The notes under the pieces are model-generated. The model had not been told where the DNA came from. It ran no database searches and was given only the letters and a program-made list of their open reading frames with translations. 64,000 nucleotides of DNA from Parcubacteria group bacterium (lineage in GTDB: Bacteria > Patescibacteriota > Minisyncoccia > Phycocordibacterales > WO2-35-19), in NCBI GenBank assembly GCA_012514175.1, contig JAAZAU010000008.1:977-64976 (forward strand), written 5' to 3'. A program made the translations under genes and the position numbers. Every line of letters starts with the position of its first letter. Within the stretch, counting starts at the first letter, position 1. This document shows, piece after piece, positions 24,536 through 32,943 of this stretch.

Positions 24536-24967
24536 TTATCCTATTTTTTCAATCTTCACTTTAAAAAATGGTTGACGATGACCGCTCTTCTTAAAATAAC
24601 GACTTTTTGATTTGTATTTGATAACAGTCACTTTAGCATTTCGGCCAATTTCAACTAATTTACCAGAAACTTTAACGCCATTAATATAAGGGGTGCCGAT
24701 ATCAGTAAAATCACTTCCGTTATCAAACAAAAGAACCTTGTCAAAAACTACCGGATCTCCTTCTTTCAGTTCTGTGTTCAGTTTTTCAATTTTTATGGTA
24801 TCACCAACAATTACGCGATATTGTTTGCCTCCAGTTTCAATAACGGCAAAAGCGCCGTCTTCTGGCTTAGTCTTGACTGGGGCTGCTTTTTTGACAGTTT
24901 TTACAGCTTTTGAGGCCTTTGCGGGGCCTTTTTTTGATTCTTTTTTGGCTTCTTTTTTCTCTGCCAT
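24536..24967 (-). CDS. rplU: 50S ribosomal protein L21 with Lys/Ala-rich N-terminal extension
   Basis: L21 core AVIETGGKQYRV...GD. A roughly 40-aa KA-rich N-terminal tail. ATG at 24967. Confidence 0.85.
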   Translation of the reverse strand: MAEKKEAKKESKKGPAKASKAVKTVKKAAPVKTKPEDGAFAVIETGGKQYRVIVGDTIKIEKLNTELKEGDPVVFDKVLLFDNGSDFTDIGTPYINGVKVSGKLVEIGRNAKVTVIKYKSKSRYFKKSGHRQPFFKVKIEKIG

Positions 24968-25047
24968 AACAGATACTACTTTACAGGATTTACTTAAATA
25001 ATGCAATAGTTTAAAGCGGTTATCGTCCACCGCTCCTAAAAACCCCT

Positions 25048-26088
25048 TTATTTTTCGGTATCTGGTTTATCCAAAACTGAAGTTTCAAAAGATGGCGAAA
25101 CGCCAGTTATCCTAACGACATCTTTGTCTATTTTTTTAAATTCTTTACTAGAATTATTAAAATGATTGACTACTGTCTCTAAAGAATTCCCTAATTTGCC
25201 GTGATACACTTCATACTTTTTGAGATGTTCGCTAAGCTCACCAACCCGTTTGATAATGTCTTTAGCTGTCTCTTCTATTTGCATCGCTTTTAGACCTTGT
25301 AAGACAGTCTGAAGATATGCCAAGAAAGAAGTCGGGGAAACGATGATAACTTTGTATTTACCGGCCGCTCTTTGAATCAGATTTTCGGTGTCTTCAGCCA
25401 CTGCTCCAATTTTGTTTATTAATAAATCATAGTAAATAGCTTCGTGCGGAATAAACATAAAAGCAAAATCCATCGTCCCTTCAGTTGGTCTGATATATTT
25501 TGAAGTTTCTGTGATGCGCAATTTGAGATCGTTTACGAAAATTTTTTCCAATCTTTCTTTTTCAGCTGGATCGCTAGTTTCTGCCAAACGATTATAATTT
25601 TCTAAAGAAAACTTAGAATCAATCGGTATAATTTTATCTTTAACAAAAACCACCGCGTCCACAATTTCTCCATTGGTAAAAGCATACTGCATTTGATAAT
25701 TGCTCGGTGGCAAAACATTTCTGAGCAGTGTTTCTAAATAATATTCGCCAAGTATTCCCCGCTGTTTTGGATTTTTTAAAATATTTTGTAAATTTTGAAG
25801 CTGGTCAGCAAAAGTGATTACTTGCTTATTTGTCTCATCAAGTTTAGTTAAACCTTTAGTAACTTCTCTGATTAAATTAGCCGACTCACCAAGCTGAGCT
25901 TTGATAGTCTCATTTGTTTGTCTAGAATTTTCCCCAATCTTAGCATCCACAGTGCGATTGAGTTCGTTTATTTGTTGAAGAATTAATTTAAAACCAGTGT
26001 CGTCAGTTTTAACTTCTTTTTTGCGAAGTAAAGCAAAAATAGCGACCACTAAACCTATTGCTAAAATTACAATAACCAAATTTTCCAT
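25048..26088 (-). CDS. rmuC: DNA recombination protein RmuC
   Basis: N-terminal TM, long coiled coil, C-terminal RmuC domain. ATG 26088 (MENLVIV). Confidence 0.8.
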   Translation of the reverse strand: MENLVIVILAIGLVVAIFALLRKKEVKTDDTGFKLILQQINELNRTVDAKIGENSRQTNETIKAQLGESANLIREVTKGLTKLDETNKQVITFADQLQNLQNILKNPKQRGILGEYYLETLLRNVLPPSNYQMQYAFTNGEIVDAVVFVKDKIIPIDSKFSLENYNRLAETSDPAEKERLEKIFVNDLKLRITETSKYIRPTEGTMDFAFMFIPHEAIYYDLLINKIGAVAEDTENLIQRAAGKYKVIIVSPTSFLAYLQTVLQGLKAMQIEETAKDIIKRVGELSEHLKKYEVYHGKLGNSLETVVNHFNNSSKEFKKIDKDVVRITGVSPSFETSVLDKPDTEK

Positions 26089-26213
26089 AAAAGAAATTAT
26101 ACCAGAAAAAACAATCCATCCCCACCCCTTTTCAAAACAAAAATGAAGTGTAATAAAAAAAGGCGGCAGTTTGCGCACGCAAACTGCCGCCAAAAGACCA
26201 ACCGTCCCAACAA

Positions 26214-26510
26214 TTAACGGAACAGGTTGGTCATTGTCCCCGTCTCGGTCTCCTCATTAAAAAGGACACAGAGACTGTGCCCGCCATTGGCCCACACAAC
26301 TCGGCCACTATGGCGGACATACTTGACATCTTTCCCGAAATAATGCCCGTCGGGAAAGATGTCAACAATAACCTCTCCGTTAAAGGAGAGGGTACAAAGG
26401 GCATCTCTCCTGTCTCCATGCAGGAGATGGCGCCCCTCTTTGGGCCGTCTCCACTCAAACGGCCCAAACTTCTTTTCAACTTCCCGGACGAACCACACCA
26501 TGTCTTTCAT
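26214..26510 (-). CDS. Hypothetical protein in a GC-rich (about 50%) micro-island
   Basis: SD aaggag plus ATG (MKDMVWFVREVEKKFGPFEW...HGDRRD...GH..). The region's composition differs clearly from its flanks. The start is uncertain (alternative ATG at 26516). Confidence 0.4.
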   Translation of the reverse strand: MKDMVWFVREVEKKFGPFEWRRPKEGRHLLHGDRRDALCTLSFNGEVIVDIFPDGHYFGKDVKYVRHSGRVVWANGGHSLCVLFNEETETGTMTNLFR

Positions 26511-26805
26511 TTCCATCTCCTTTCCCATTTCTGGGACAAAAACTTCCAGTCGTAAAGGAACCATTCCTTCACAACAAAACGGTTCAAGGCATCCGACCCT
26601 GACCGATCCCATTTCTGGGTATTATGACAAAAAACTAACTATACTTATAGTATAGCATATTTGGATACTTAAGTCAAGTATTTTTATAATAAATACCTAG
26701 AAATAAGGTTATTTTGGATTTTTAGAATCAGAATTTCCTTTATTCCCTTTAATTTTCCGACCACAACTGATAAACTTTAAGAACTTTAAGATTAATTTAA
26801 AAAAT

Positions 26806-27255
26806 ATGCACGAAAAAATACAAAACCAAATACCTGAAGCTATGCGAGCTAAGGATCAAACCAGACTTACTACTTTGCGAGGGATACTTTCTGCTTTTGT
26901 AAACGAATCGGTGGCGCTTAAACGCACCCCTCAAGACAAACTTTCAGACACAGAAGCTACAGCTGTTATTCGCAGATTAGTCAAACAAAGAAAAGATTCC
27001 ATAGAACAATTTGAAAAAGGTAACAGACAAGATTTAGCTGATAATGAAAAAGCAGAACTGAAAATTTTGGAAGAATTTTTGCCTGCCCAAATGACTGAAG
27101 AGCAAATCAGAGAAATCGTTTTGAAGAAAAAAGCTGAATTAGGCGAAATTGACAAAACTAAAACAGGGCAATTTATGGGAGCAGTAATGAAAGAAACCAA
27201 AGGTAATGCTGACAGTGTTTTAGTAAAAAAGATTATAGAAGAAATATTGCAATAA
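26806..27255 (+). CDS. GatB/YqeY domain protein
   Basis: Full-length similarity pattern to YqeY (about 149 aa, ...TGQFMGAVMKETKG.AD...). Confidence 0.8.
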   Translation: MHEKIQNQIPEAMRAKDQTRLTTLRGILSAFVNESVALKRTPQDKLSDTEATAVIRRLVKQRKDSIEQFEKGNRQDLADNEKAELKILEEFLPAQMTEEQIREIVLKKKAELGEIDKTKTGQFMGAVMKETKGNADSVLVKKIIEEILQ

Positions 27256-27257
27256 AA

Positions 27258-27998
27258 TTAAAATTGAAGACTATTTTTAATTTGATAATCACCTACTCGG
27301 GTACGTTTGATAGAGAGAACGGTAGCACCACAACCCAAAGTATTACCCATATCATTCACTAAACTCCGAACATAAGTCCCACTAGAAACGTGAGCTTTAA
27401 AGTGACCAAGAAAAATTTTATTTTCAGGATGTTTGAAAAGTTTTTCTTGCCATAATTCTAAAATCTCAGCTTGTCTAAAATCGCCTTTGACTTTTGATAT
27501 ATCCATAAGAATGCGACCAAAAAACTCTTTATGCGAAAGTGTTTCTAATTTATTAGTTTGCAATTTATATATAAAAATTTTTCTTGAAAATTGAGAAGAA
27601 TCGCTTGCTAGAGAATAATTTTCCCAACCTTGTATTTTTGAAGAATATTTTGGATATTTCTGTTCCCTTTCTCCTTCATAAATCATCGCCACTTTTCTTA
27701 TTTCCATTTCATTTAAATCATCAACGTTTTCTTCTCTCACCACCTTTCCCATAATATCGTAGGTATCGGTTGCAAAACCAAAAACTGCCACGAAGTCATA
27801 TTCTTTGTCTAAAGCAAAAAATTTTTCCCGATTTTCTTGACTAGTATCTTCCCCACTACCAACTAGAAGCACTCCTTCTGCTAAAGGATCTAATCGTCCT
27901 AAATAAGTCATTTTGTCTTGAATATTCTTTGCTTTCCTAAACTTTTGCAGACACTCAAGCGGTGTTTCTCCTTTTTGTTTGTATAAATTAAAAATCAT
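27258..27998 (-). CDS. truB: tRNA pseudouridine(55) synthase TruB
   Basis: Catalytic motif GRLDPLAEGVLLV with the conserved Asp. Confidence 0.8.
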   Translation of the reverse strand: MIFNLYKQKGETPLECLQKFRKAKNIQDKMTYLGRLDPLAEGVLLVGSGEDTSQENREKFFALDKEYDFVAVFGFATDTYDIMGKVVREENVDDLNEMEIRKVAMIYEGEREQKYPKYSSKIQGWENYSLASDSSQFSRKIFIYKLQTNKLETLSHKEFFGRILMDISKVKGDFRQAEILELWQEKLFKHPENKIFLGHFKAHVSSGTYVRSLVNDMGNTLGCGATVLSIKRTRVGDYQIKNSLQF

Positions 27999-29194
27999 TT
28001 ATAGTTTTTTAAAAACTCTTCTTTAAATTCAGAAAAAGTGTCGTTTAAAATAGACGCCCTGATTTTCAACATTAAACTATTTAAAAAATAAACGTTATGG
28101 ATTGAAGCAAGAGTGCAACCAAGCATTTCTTTGGAACGAAAAAGGTGTGCCACATAGGCAACGCTAAAGTTTTGACAAGTATGACAACCGCAACCTTTTT
28201 CAATTGGCTCTAACAAGTCTCTGTATTTTGCGTTTAAAATGTGAATTTTCCCCGTGTGAGTAAAAAGAGTGCCATTACGACCAATACGCGTTGGCGAGAC
28301 ACAGTCAAAAGTATCACAACCATTTTCTACTCCTAAAATTAAATCAATCGGTTCGCCCACCCCTAAAAGATGCCGAGGTTTTTCTTCGGGTAAAATTTCG
28401 TTTACCCATTTAACCGCTGTCGCCATATCTTCCTTTACAAAAGAGCCACCGATACCAAAACCGGCAAAATCCATACTTCCTATTGTTTGGGCGCTTTCTC
28501 TTCTTAAATCTTTATGTCGACCACCTTGAACGATACCAAAAAGTTGCTGAAAATGTGCCGAGGAAGAATTTTGCAATTTGATATGTTCGTCCAAACTTCT
28601 CTTAGCCCAACGATGAGTTCTTTCCATAGCTTCGCGTAAATATTCTTTAGAAGCATGAGGCGAAGTGCATTCATCAAAAGCAAAAATAATGTCCGCTCCA
28701 ATATCGTTTTGAATTTGGATTGATTTTTCAGGAGTGAAAAAATGTTTACTGCCGTCAATGATAGACTGAAATTCAACTCCATCTTCAGTGATTTTCGCTT
28801 TTTTGATTTTCCTTTCATCATAAGCCTCTTCTATTTCTGTTGGTGTAGGAGCGTCGCTCGCGATAAATTTATTTAAATTATTGCCAAAAGCGACACCTAA
28901 CGAGAAGGCTTGAAAACCACCCGAATCGGTCATAGTTGGTCCAGACCAATTCATAAATTTATGCAACCCACCCGCCTTTTTGATTATTTTTTCTCCCGGT
29001 TCTAAATAAAGATGATAGGTGTTGGCTAAAACCACTTGAGAACCAGCCTCTTTCACTTGTTCTGATGAGAGCGATTTAACAGTAGCTTTAGTGCCGACAG
29101 CAGCAAAAGCGGGCGTCAAAATATCGCCGTGAGGTGTAGATAAAATACCAGCCCTACCCAAAGAATCCTTTAACTTTTTTTCAATTTTAAACAT
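27995..29194 (-). CDS. tgt: Queuine tRNA-ribosyltransferase
   Basis: TPAFxxVGT, the catalytic D of DECTSP, and Zn site GCGCHTCQNFSVAYVAHL. ATG 29194 (MFKIEKK). Confidence 0.85.
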   Translation of the reverse strand: MFKIEKKLKDSLGRAGILSTPHGDILTPAFAAVGTKATVKSLSSEQVKEAGSQVVLANTYHLYLEPGEKIIKKAGGLHKFMNWSGPTMTDSGGFQAFSLGVAFGNNLNKFIASDAPTPTEIEEAYDERKIKKAKITEDGVEFQSIIDGSKHFFTPEKSIQIQNDIGADIIFAFDECTSPHASKEYLREAMERTHRWAKRSLDEHIKLQNSSSAHFQQLFGIVQGGRHKDLRRESAQTIGSMDFAGFGIGGSFVKEDMATAVKWVNEILPEEKPRHLLGVGEPIDLILGVENGCDTFDCVSPTRIGRNGTLFTHTGKIHILNAKYRDLLEPIEKGCGCHTCQNFSVAYVAHLFRSKEMLGCTLASIHNVYFLNSLMLKIRASILNDTFSEFKEEFLKNYK

Positions 29195-29284
29195 CAAGAT
29201 TAGATTACCACAGAGACACAAAAGAAAAAACCAAACGAATTCGCTAGTCACACTTAAGCGTTGTTTGGTTTTTTAAATTTTTAA

Positions 29285-29791
29285 CTATTGGGTAGCTTGC
29301 TCAGGCGATTCAACATCCAAAAGTTCAATGGTAAAAACTAAAGTAGAGTTCGGAGGAATTGGGCCGACTTGATCAGAACCATAAGCTAAATCTGGAGGAA
29401 TGATTATAGTGCGGATACCGCCAACTTTCATACCATCAAAACCTTGTTCCCAACCTGGGATCACTTCGCCAGCACCTAAAGTGAAAGCAAAAGCACTGCC
29501 AAAATCTTTTGAATTTTGAATTACAGTGCCGTCAGCAAGAGTTAAAATGTAATTTACAGAGACTGTGTCGCCCACTTTCGCCTCTGCTCCACTACCCACC
29601 GCTAAATCAGTTATGGTTACTCCACTCGCTGTCCTAATATTTTCGCCAAGGTTGATATTTGCATTTGCATTTTCGCTCATTGTATTAGTTGCTTGAAATA
29701 AATTTATAATATGACCGCCAAATAAAGCATAGGCCACAAAAACGCTAGCTACCACTACTGCAACCCACTCTTTTTTTGATAATTTTTTCAT
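29285..29791 (-). CDS. FKBP-type peptidyl-prolyl cis-trans isomerase, membrane anchored
   Basis: FKBP domain GDTVSVNYILTLADGTVIQNS...GAGEVIPGWEQG..GMKVGG.R...IPP.LAYG. Confidence 0.8.
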   Translation of the reverse strand: MKKLSKKEWVAVVVASVFVAYALFGGHIINLFQATNTMSENANANINLGENIRTASGVTITDLAVGSGAEAKVGDTVSVNYILTLADGTVIQNSKDFGSAFAFTLGAGEVIPGWEQGFDGMKVGGIRTIIIPPDLAYGSDQVGPIPPNSTLVFTIELLDVESPEQATQ

Positions 29792-29867
29792 AGAATTTGA
29801 TTTAATTTATAAAATCACCTTTTGACCAACATTATCATATTGCCTTATTATTTAAAACCGCTACAAT

Positions 29868-30644
29868 GTGGATATGGATTCTGCTGAAAGTAATAACCCG
29901 CTCACTCTTAATGAAATAACTGAAGCTCTTCAAAAGCGAGTTAATTTTATTTCTGAAGAGTTTAAAAATGGTTTTGAATTCGTTAAAAATTACCCGCGTT
30001 CGGTTACTTTTTTTGGCTCAGCTCGCACCAAAGAAGACGAACTTTATTACCAAAAAGCCAGAAGTCTCGCTGGACGCATTGTTTCTGAACTGCATTATTC
30101 GGTAATGACTGGTGGTGGTCCTGGTATTATGGAAGCTGCTAATCGTGGCGCTTTTGAAGCGGGTGGTAACTCGCTCGGATTAACTATTGAACTTCCGCAG
30201 GAACAAAAAGATAACCCTTACCTAACAGACAAAGAAGACTTCCATTATTTTTTTAGTCGCAAAGTTTGTCTTTCGTTTTCCGCAGAAGCTTATATTTTTT
30301 TCCCGGGTGGTTTCGGCACTTTAGATGAATTTATAGAAATACTAACACTAGTTCAAACCAATAAGATACCTAAAGCGCCTATTATTTTGATTGGCGATTT
30401 CTTTTGGCAACCTCTTGAAAATTTCTTTAAAGAAGTATTAGTTAAAGCGAAAACTATCGCGCCAGAGGATACTTTGCTCTATACAATCACCGAAGACGAA
30501 GATCAAATCCTAGATATCATCAAAAAAGCTCCGGTGCGTTTAGGACTCAGGTATAATAAAAATTTAGAAAATAAAAAACGAAAAAGTAGCACCCACAGGG
30601 CCCACAATCCTTTAGATAGTCTCTTCAAAAAAATCAAGTGGTAA
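29868..30644 (+). CDS. LOG-family nucleotide 5'-monophosphate nucleosidase (TIGR00730 / Lonely-guy)
   Basis: VTFFGSAR, TGGGPGIMEAANRGA, PGGFGTLDE motifs. Confidence 0.8.
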   Translation: MDMDSAESNNPLTLNEITEALQKRVNFISEEFKNGFEFVKNYPRSVTFFGSARTKEDELYYQKARSLAGRIVSELHYSVMTGGGPGIMEAANRGAFEAGGNSLGLTIELPQEQKDNPYLTDKEDFHYFFSRKVCLSFSAEAYIFFPGGFGTLDEFIEILTLVQTNKIPKAPIILIGDFFWQPLENFFKEVLVKAKTIAPEDTLLYTITEDEDQILDIIKKAPVRLGLRYNKNLENKKRKSSTHRAHNPLDSLFKKIKW

Positions 30645-30736
30645 GTTAGTGATAATACGAATAGCTATTATTTTATTTATCACATTTTAATCTCCACTTT
30701 GCGATCCCAAATTTTTCATAGACTTTATACCAATAA

Positions 30737-31033
30737 TTATTTTTTTGAATTAGTATTAGAGAAATGTCGCGTTATTTTTAAAAATATATACATAATTACA
30801 AATATAATTAAAGAAGGAACACCTAAAGACGACATGTTAACATAAAGAACTCCGAGAATTGGACGCTGTATTAATAATGTAAAAGGATTCTCACCGGCGA
30901 TTCCCCATAAAGCACAAACAACAAATATTACAAGAACAAAATACTGAATACTAAAAGTAAATATTAACGCGTCTCTCATTAAACGATTTTTATCATCAGG
31001 TTTTGCCAAACCTTTCAATTCCAAATTTTTCAT
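30737..31033 (-). CDS. Small two-TM membrane protein
   Basis: 98 aa with two hydrophobic helices. Immediately downstream of the nucleotidyltransferase gene. Confidence 0.35.
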   Translation of the reverse strand: MKNLELKGLAKPDDKNRLMRDALIFTFSIQYFVLVIFVVCALWGIAGENPFTLLIQRPILGVLYVNMSSLGVPSLIIFVIMYIFLKITRHFSNTNSKK

Positions 31034-31160
31034 AGATCTAAAATTAATACACTAATTACTTTTATAAACTTAGTTATATCTATATAATTATAGCAAAAAC
31101 AAAAAAAACCAACTCTGTTACCCTCAGTGCAATCTTTTTGAATAAATCTAGGTTTTATTT

Positions 31161-31943
31161 TCATATAGTTAAACTGTCCCAAAACTTATTTAAGTTTTGG
31201 TCATATTGATCTTTACTTGAAATTGCGATGACAAAATCATCATCCCACTTTTGATATTCACCAAAGAAAATAGCGTGAAATAATTCACTATACCATTTCA
31301 TTTTCTCCGTTAAAGAATTGCTGTTTGTGTATTTTTCAAAAATGGAAAGAAGATCTTTGTCATTCAACTCAAGATACTTTATGGCCGATTTTTCTCCACG
31401 CCATGGAATATCGCGAAAAGAAAAATAAGCCGTGATTAGTTCAATCACACTGTAAAGCAACCTTAATTCAAGAGCTTTGTGATAAATATCATCCTTTGAA
31501 TTGTAATATCTAGAATTAGCTATAAAGTTATAATTTGTTTTAATCCAGAGATCTCTTTTTTCTGAATCATCTATTTTTTGTTTGGGTGAAGTTTCTCCAA
31601 TTTTATCTTTAAGATTTGACAGCAGATTTTCGGGATCATATTCTATTTTTCCTTTTCTCAACCATTCCAAAAAAATTCCGTCAAAATTATTTCCAGAAAC
31701 TTCACTCTTATCTTTTAGCTGATTTAGGAAATCAATATCAAAGAAGTAAATATCAGCAAAACGATTCTCAATTGTTGTAAAAATTGATTTGATTTCCTCT
31801 GAATTTTTATCAATAATCACAATCAAATCAATATCGCTGGATAGCGTAAGGGATGTCGCGGTTGTGCCAGTAGAAAAAATACCTTTCACCCTCGGTGAAT
31901 TTTTCAATTTTTCTATTAGTTTTTCAAGAGAAGGATATCTCAT
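31161..31943 (-). CDS. Nucleotidyltransferase-domain protein (Pol-beta superfamily; ANT(6)/AadK-like architecture)
   Basis: N-terminal G(I)FSTGTTATSLTLSSDIDLIVI (GS..h[DE]h[DE]h). The C-terminal helical domain has an LWIKT segment reminiscent of YWIKRP in ANT(6). Confidence 0.55.
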   Translation of the reverse strand: MRYPSLEKLIEKLKNSPRVKGIFSTGTTATSLTLSSDIDLIVIIDKNSEEIKSIFTTIENRFADIYFFDIDFLNQLKDKSEVSGNNFDGIFLEWLRKGKIEYDPENLLSNLKDKIGETSPKQKIDDSEKRDLWIKTNYNFIANSRYYNSKDDIYHKALELRLLYSVIELITAYFSFRDIPWRGEKSAIKYLELNDKDLLSIFEKYTNSNSLTEKMKWYSELFHAIFFGEYQKWDDDFVIAISSKDQYDQNLNKFWDSLTI

Positions 31944-31994
31944 ATCTATTTCAAAAGCTCATCAGACGCGACTAATTCCGCTGTAAATAAACTT

Positions 31995-32068
31995 TGGTGG
32001 ACTCACGGGGAGTTGAACCCCGAACTCATCCATGCCATGGATGCGTATTACCGCTATACTATGAGCCC
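31995..32068 (-). tRNA. tRNA-Ala (anticodon GGC), CCA encoded
   Basis: Acceptor GGGCUCA/UGAGUCC with a G3:U70 wobble (the Ala identity element). Anticodon stem CAUCC/GGAUG with loop AUGGCAU. T-arm CGGGG-UUCAACU-CCCCG. 3' ACCA present. Confidence 0.8.
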
Positions 32069-32156
32069 TGACACTAATAAATATAACCCAAAATCACCCA
32101 AAATAAAACCTCTATAATCTATAAACAGAGTAGTTTTGAGTTTTGGTTTTTAGTCA

Positions 32157-32438
32157 TCACAATTGCTCAGTTATTTCTGGTTCCGACTCTGGTTCTTCTG
32201 TTGTTTTGTTTAATTTTTTGCTGAAAATATAGATATATAAAATTTCTAAGACACCAACAGTATTGACAACCAAAAGAAATACAAACCAAGATTTGCTTTT
32301 ATTTTGAGCAGCCTTCCAAAGGGATATACCTTTCCAAACAAAAGACCACAAGCCCAAAATAAAAAACCATACCCCCATTTGTTCTATTAAATTTAAAGAG
32401 GCAGAAGTAAGATCATTAATATAATTTTGCCAATCCAT
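32157..32438 (-). CDS. Small two-TM membrane protein with acidic C-terminal tail
   Basis: 93 aa with two hydrophobic helices and a C-terminus EEPESEPEITEQL. Confidence 0.4.
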   Translation of the reverse strand: MDWQNYINDLTSASLNLIEQMGVWFFILGLWSFVWKGISLWKAAQNKSKSWFVFLLVVNTVGVLEILYIYIFSKKLNKTTEEPESEPEITEQL

Positions 32439-32637
32439 AATGTTTAATAAATTATCAATAAAAATTCATTATTATTTTACAATAAAAAACTGTTTGTAAC
32501 AAATAAAAACCCCTTTTTACCACGCACAAATACATTTGACAGCAAATCTGTATATGGTATAATTAGGGGTAGGTAATAGAAAATTGTCTTTTTTCTTCTT
32601 TTTCTTCCCCTCTCTCCCAAAAAAGAAAGGAGGTTTT

Positions 32638-32877
32638 ATGGGTAAAAAACCCAACAGGCGTGTTGAGGAGGCTCTCAACAAGCTCCGCTCAGGAGATGAG
32701 AGCGCCCGAAAAACCCTCCAAAAGCTAGGTCAGAAAGGGGCCCAGAAAAGATGGGCCAAGGAAAGGGAGAAGTCTGAGTTGCAAGAAGAACTCAGACTTC
32801 TTAAGGAAGAAAAAAACCTGGAGGAGGTGTTGGAAAGGCTCCACCAGGGGAACGAAATTAAGTTTCCTCCACACTAG
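32638..32877 (+). CDS. Small basic coiled-coil protein in a GC-rich insert
   Basis: SD aaaggagg plus ATG 32638. 79 aa (MGKKPNRRVEEALNKLRSGDESARK...). Local GC is far above the flanks. Confidence 0.45.
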   Translation: MGKKPNRRVEEALNKLRSGDESARKTLQKLGQKGAQKRWAKEREKSELQEELRLLKEEKNLEEVLERLHQGNEIKFPPH

Positions 32878-32900
32878 GTCCTTTCCCCTAGCTGATGGAG

Positions 32901-32937
32901 GGGCGCTCAAGATGCTACGGCATCTTGGGCGCTTTTT
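32901..32937 (+). terminator. Rho-independent terminator
   Basis: gggcgctcaagatgc-tacg-gcatcttgggcgc followed by ttttt. Confidence 0.7.
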
Positions 32938-32943
32938 AAATAT

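Noticed and set aside
31161-31943. Calling the nucleotidyltransferase a CD-NTase/CBASS cyclase outright
   Set aside because: At 260 aa it is too short for most CD-NTases, and an ANT(6)-like C-terminal segment fits better. Kept only as a low-confidence alternative in the findings.
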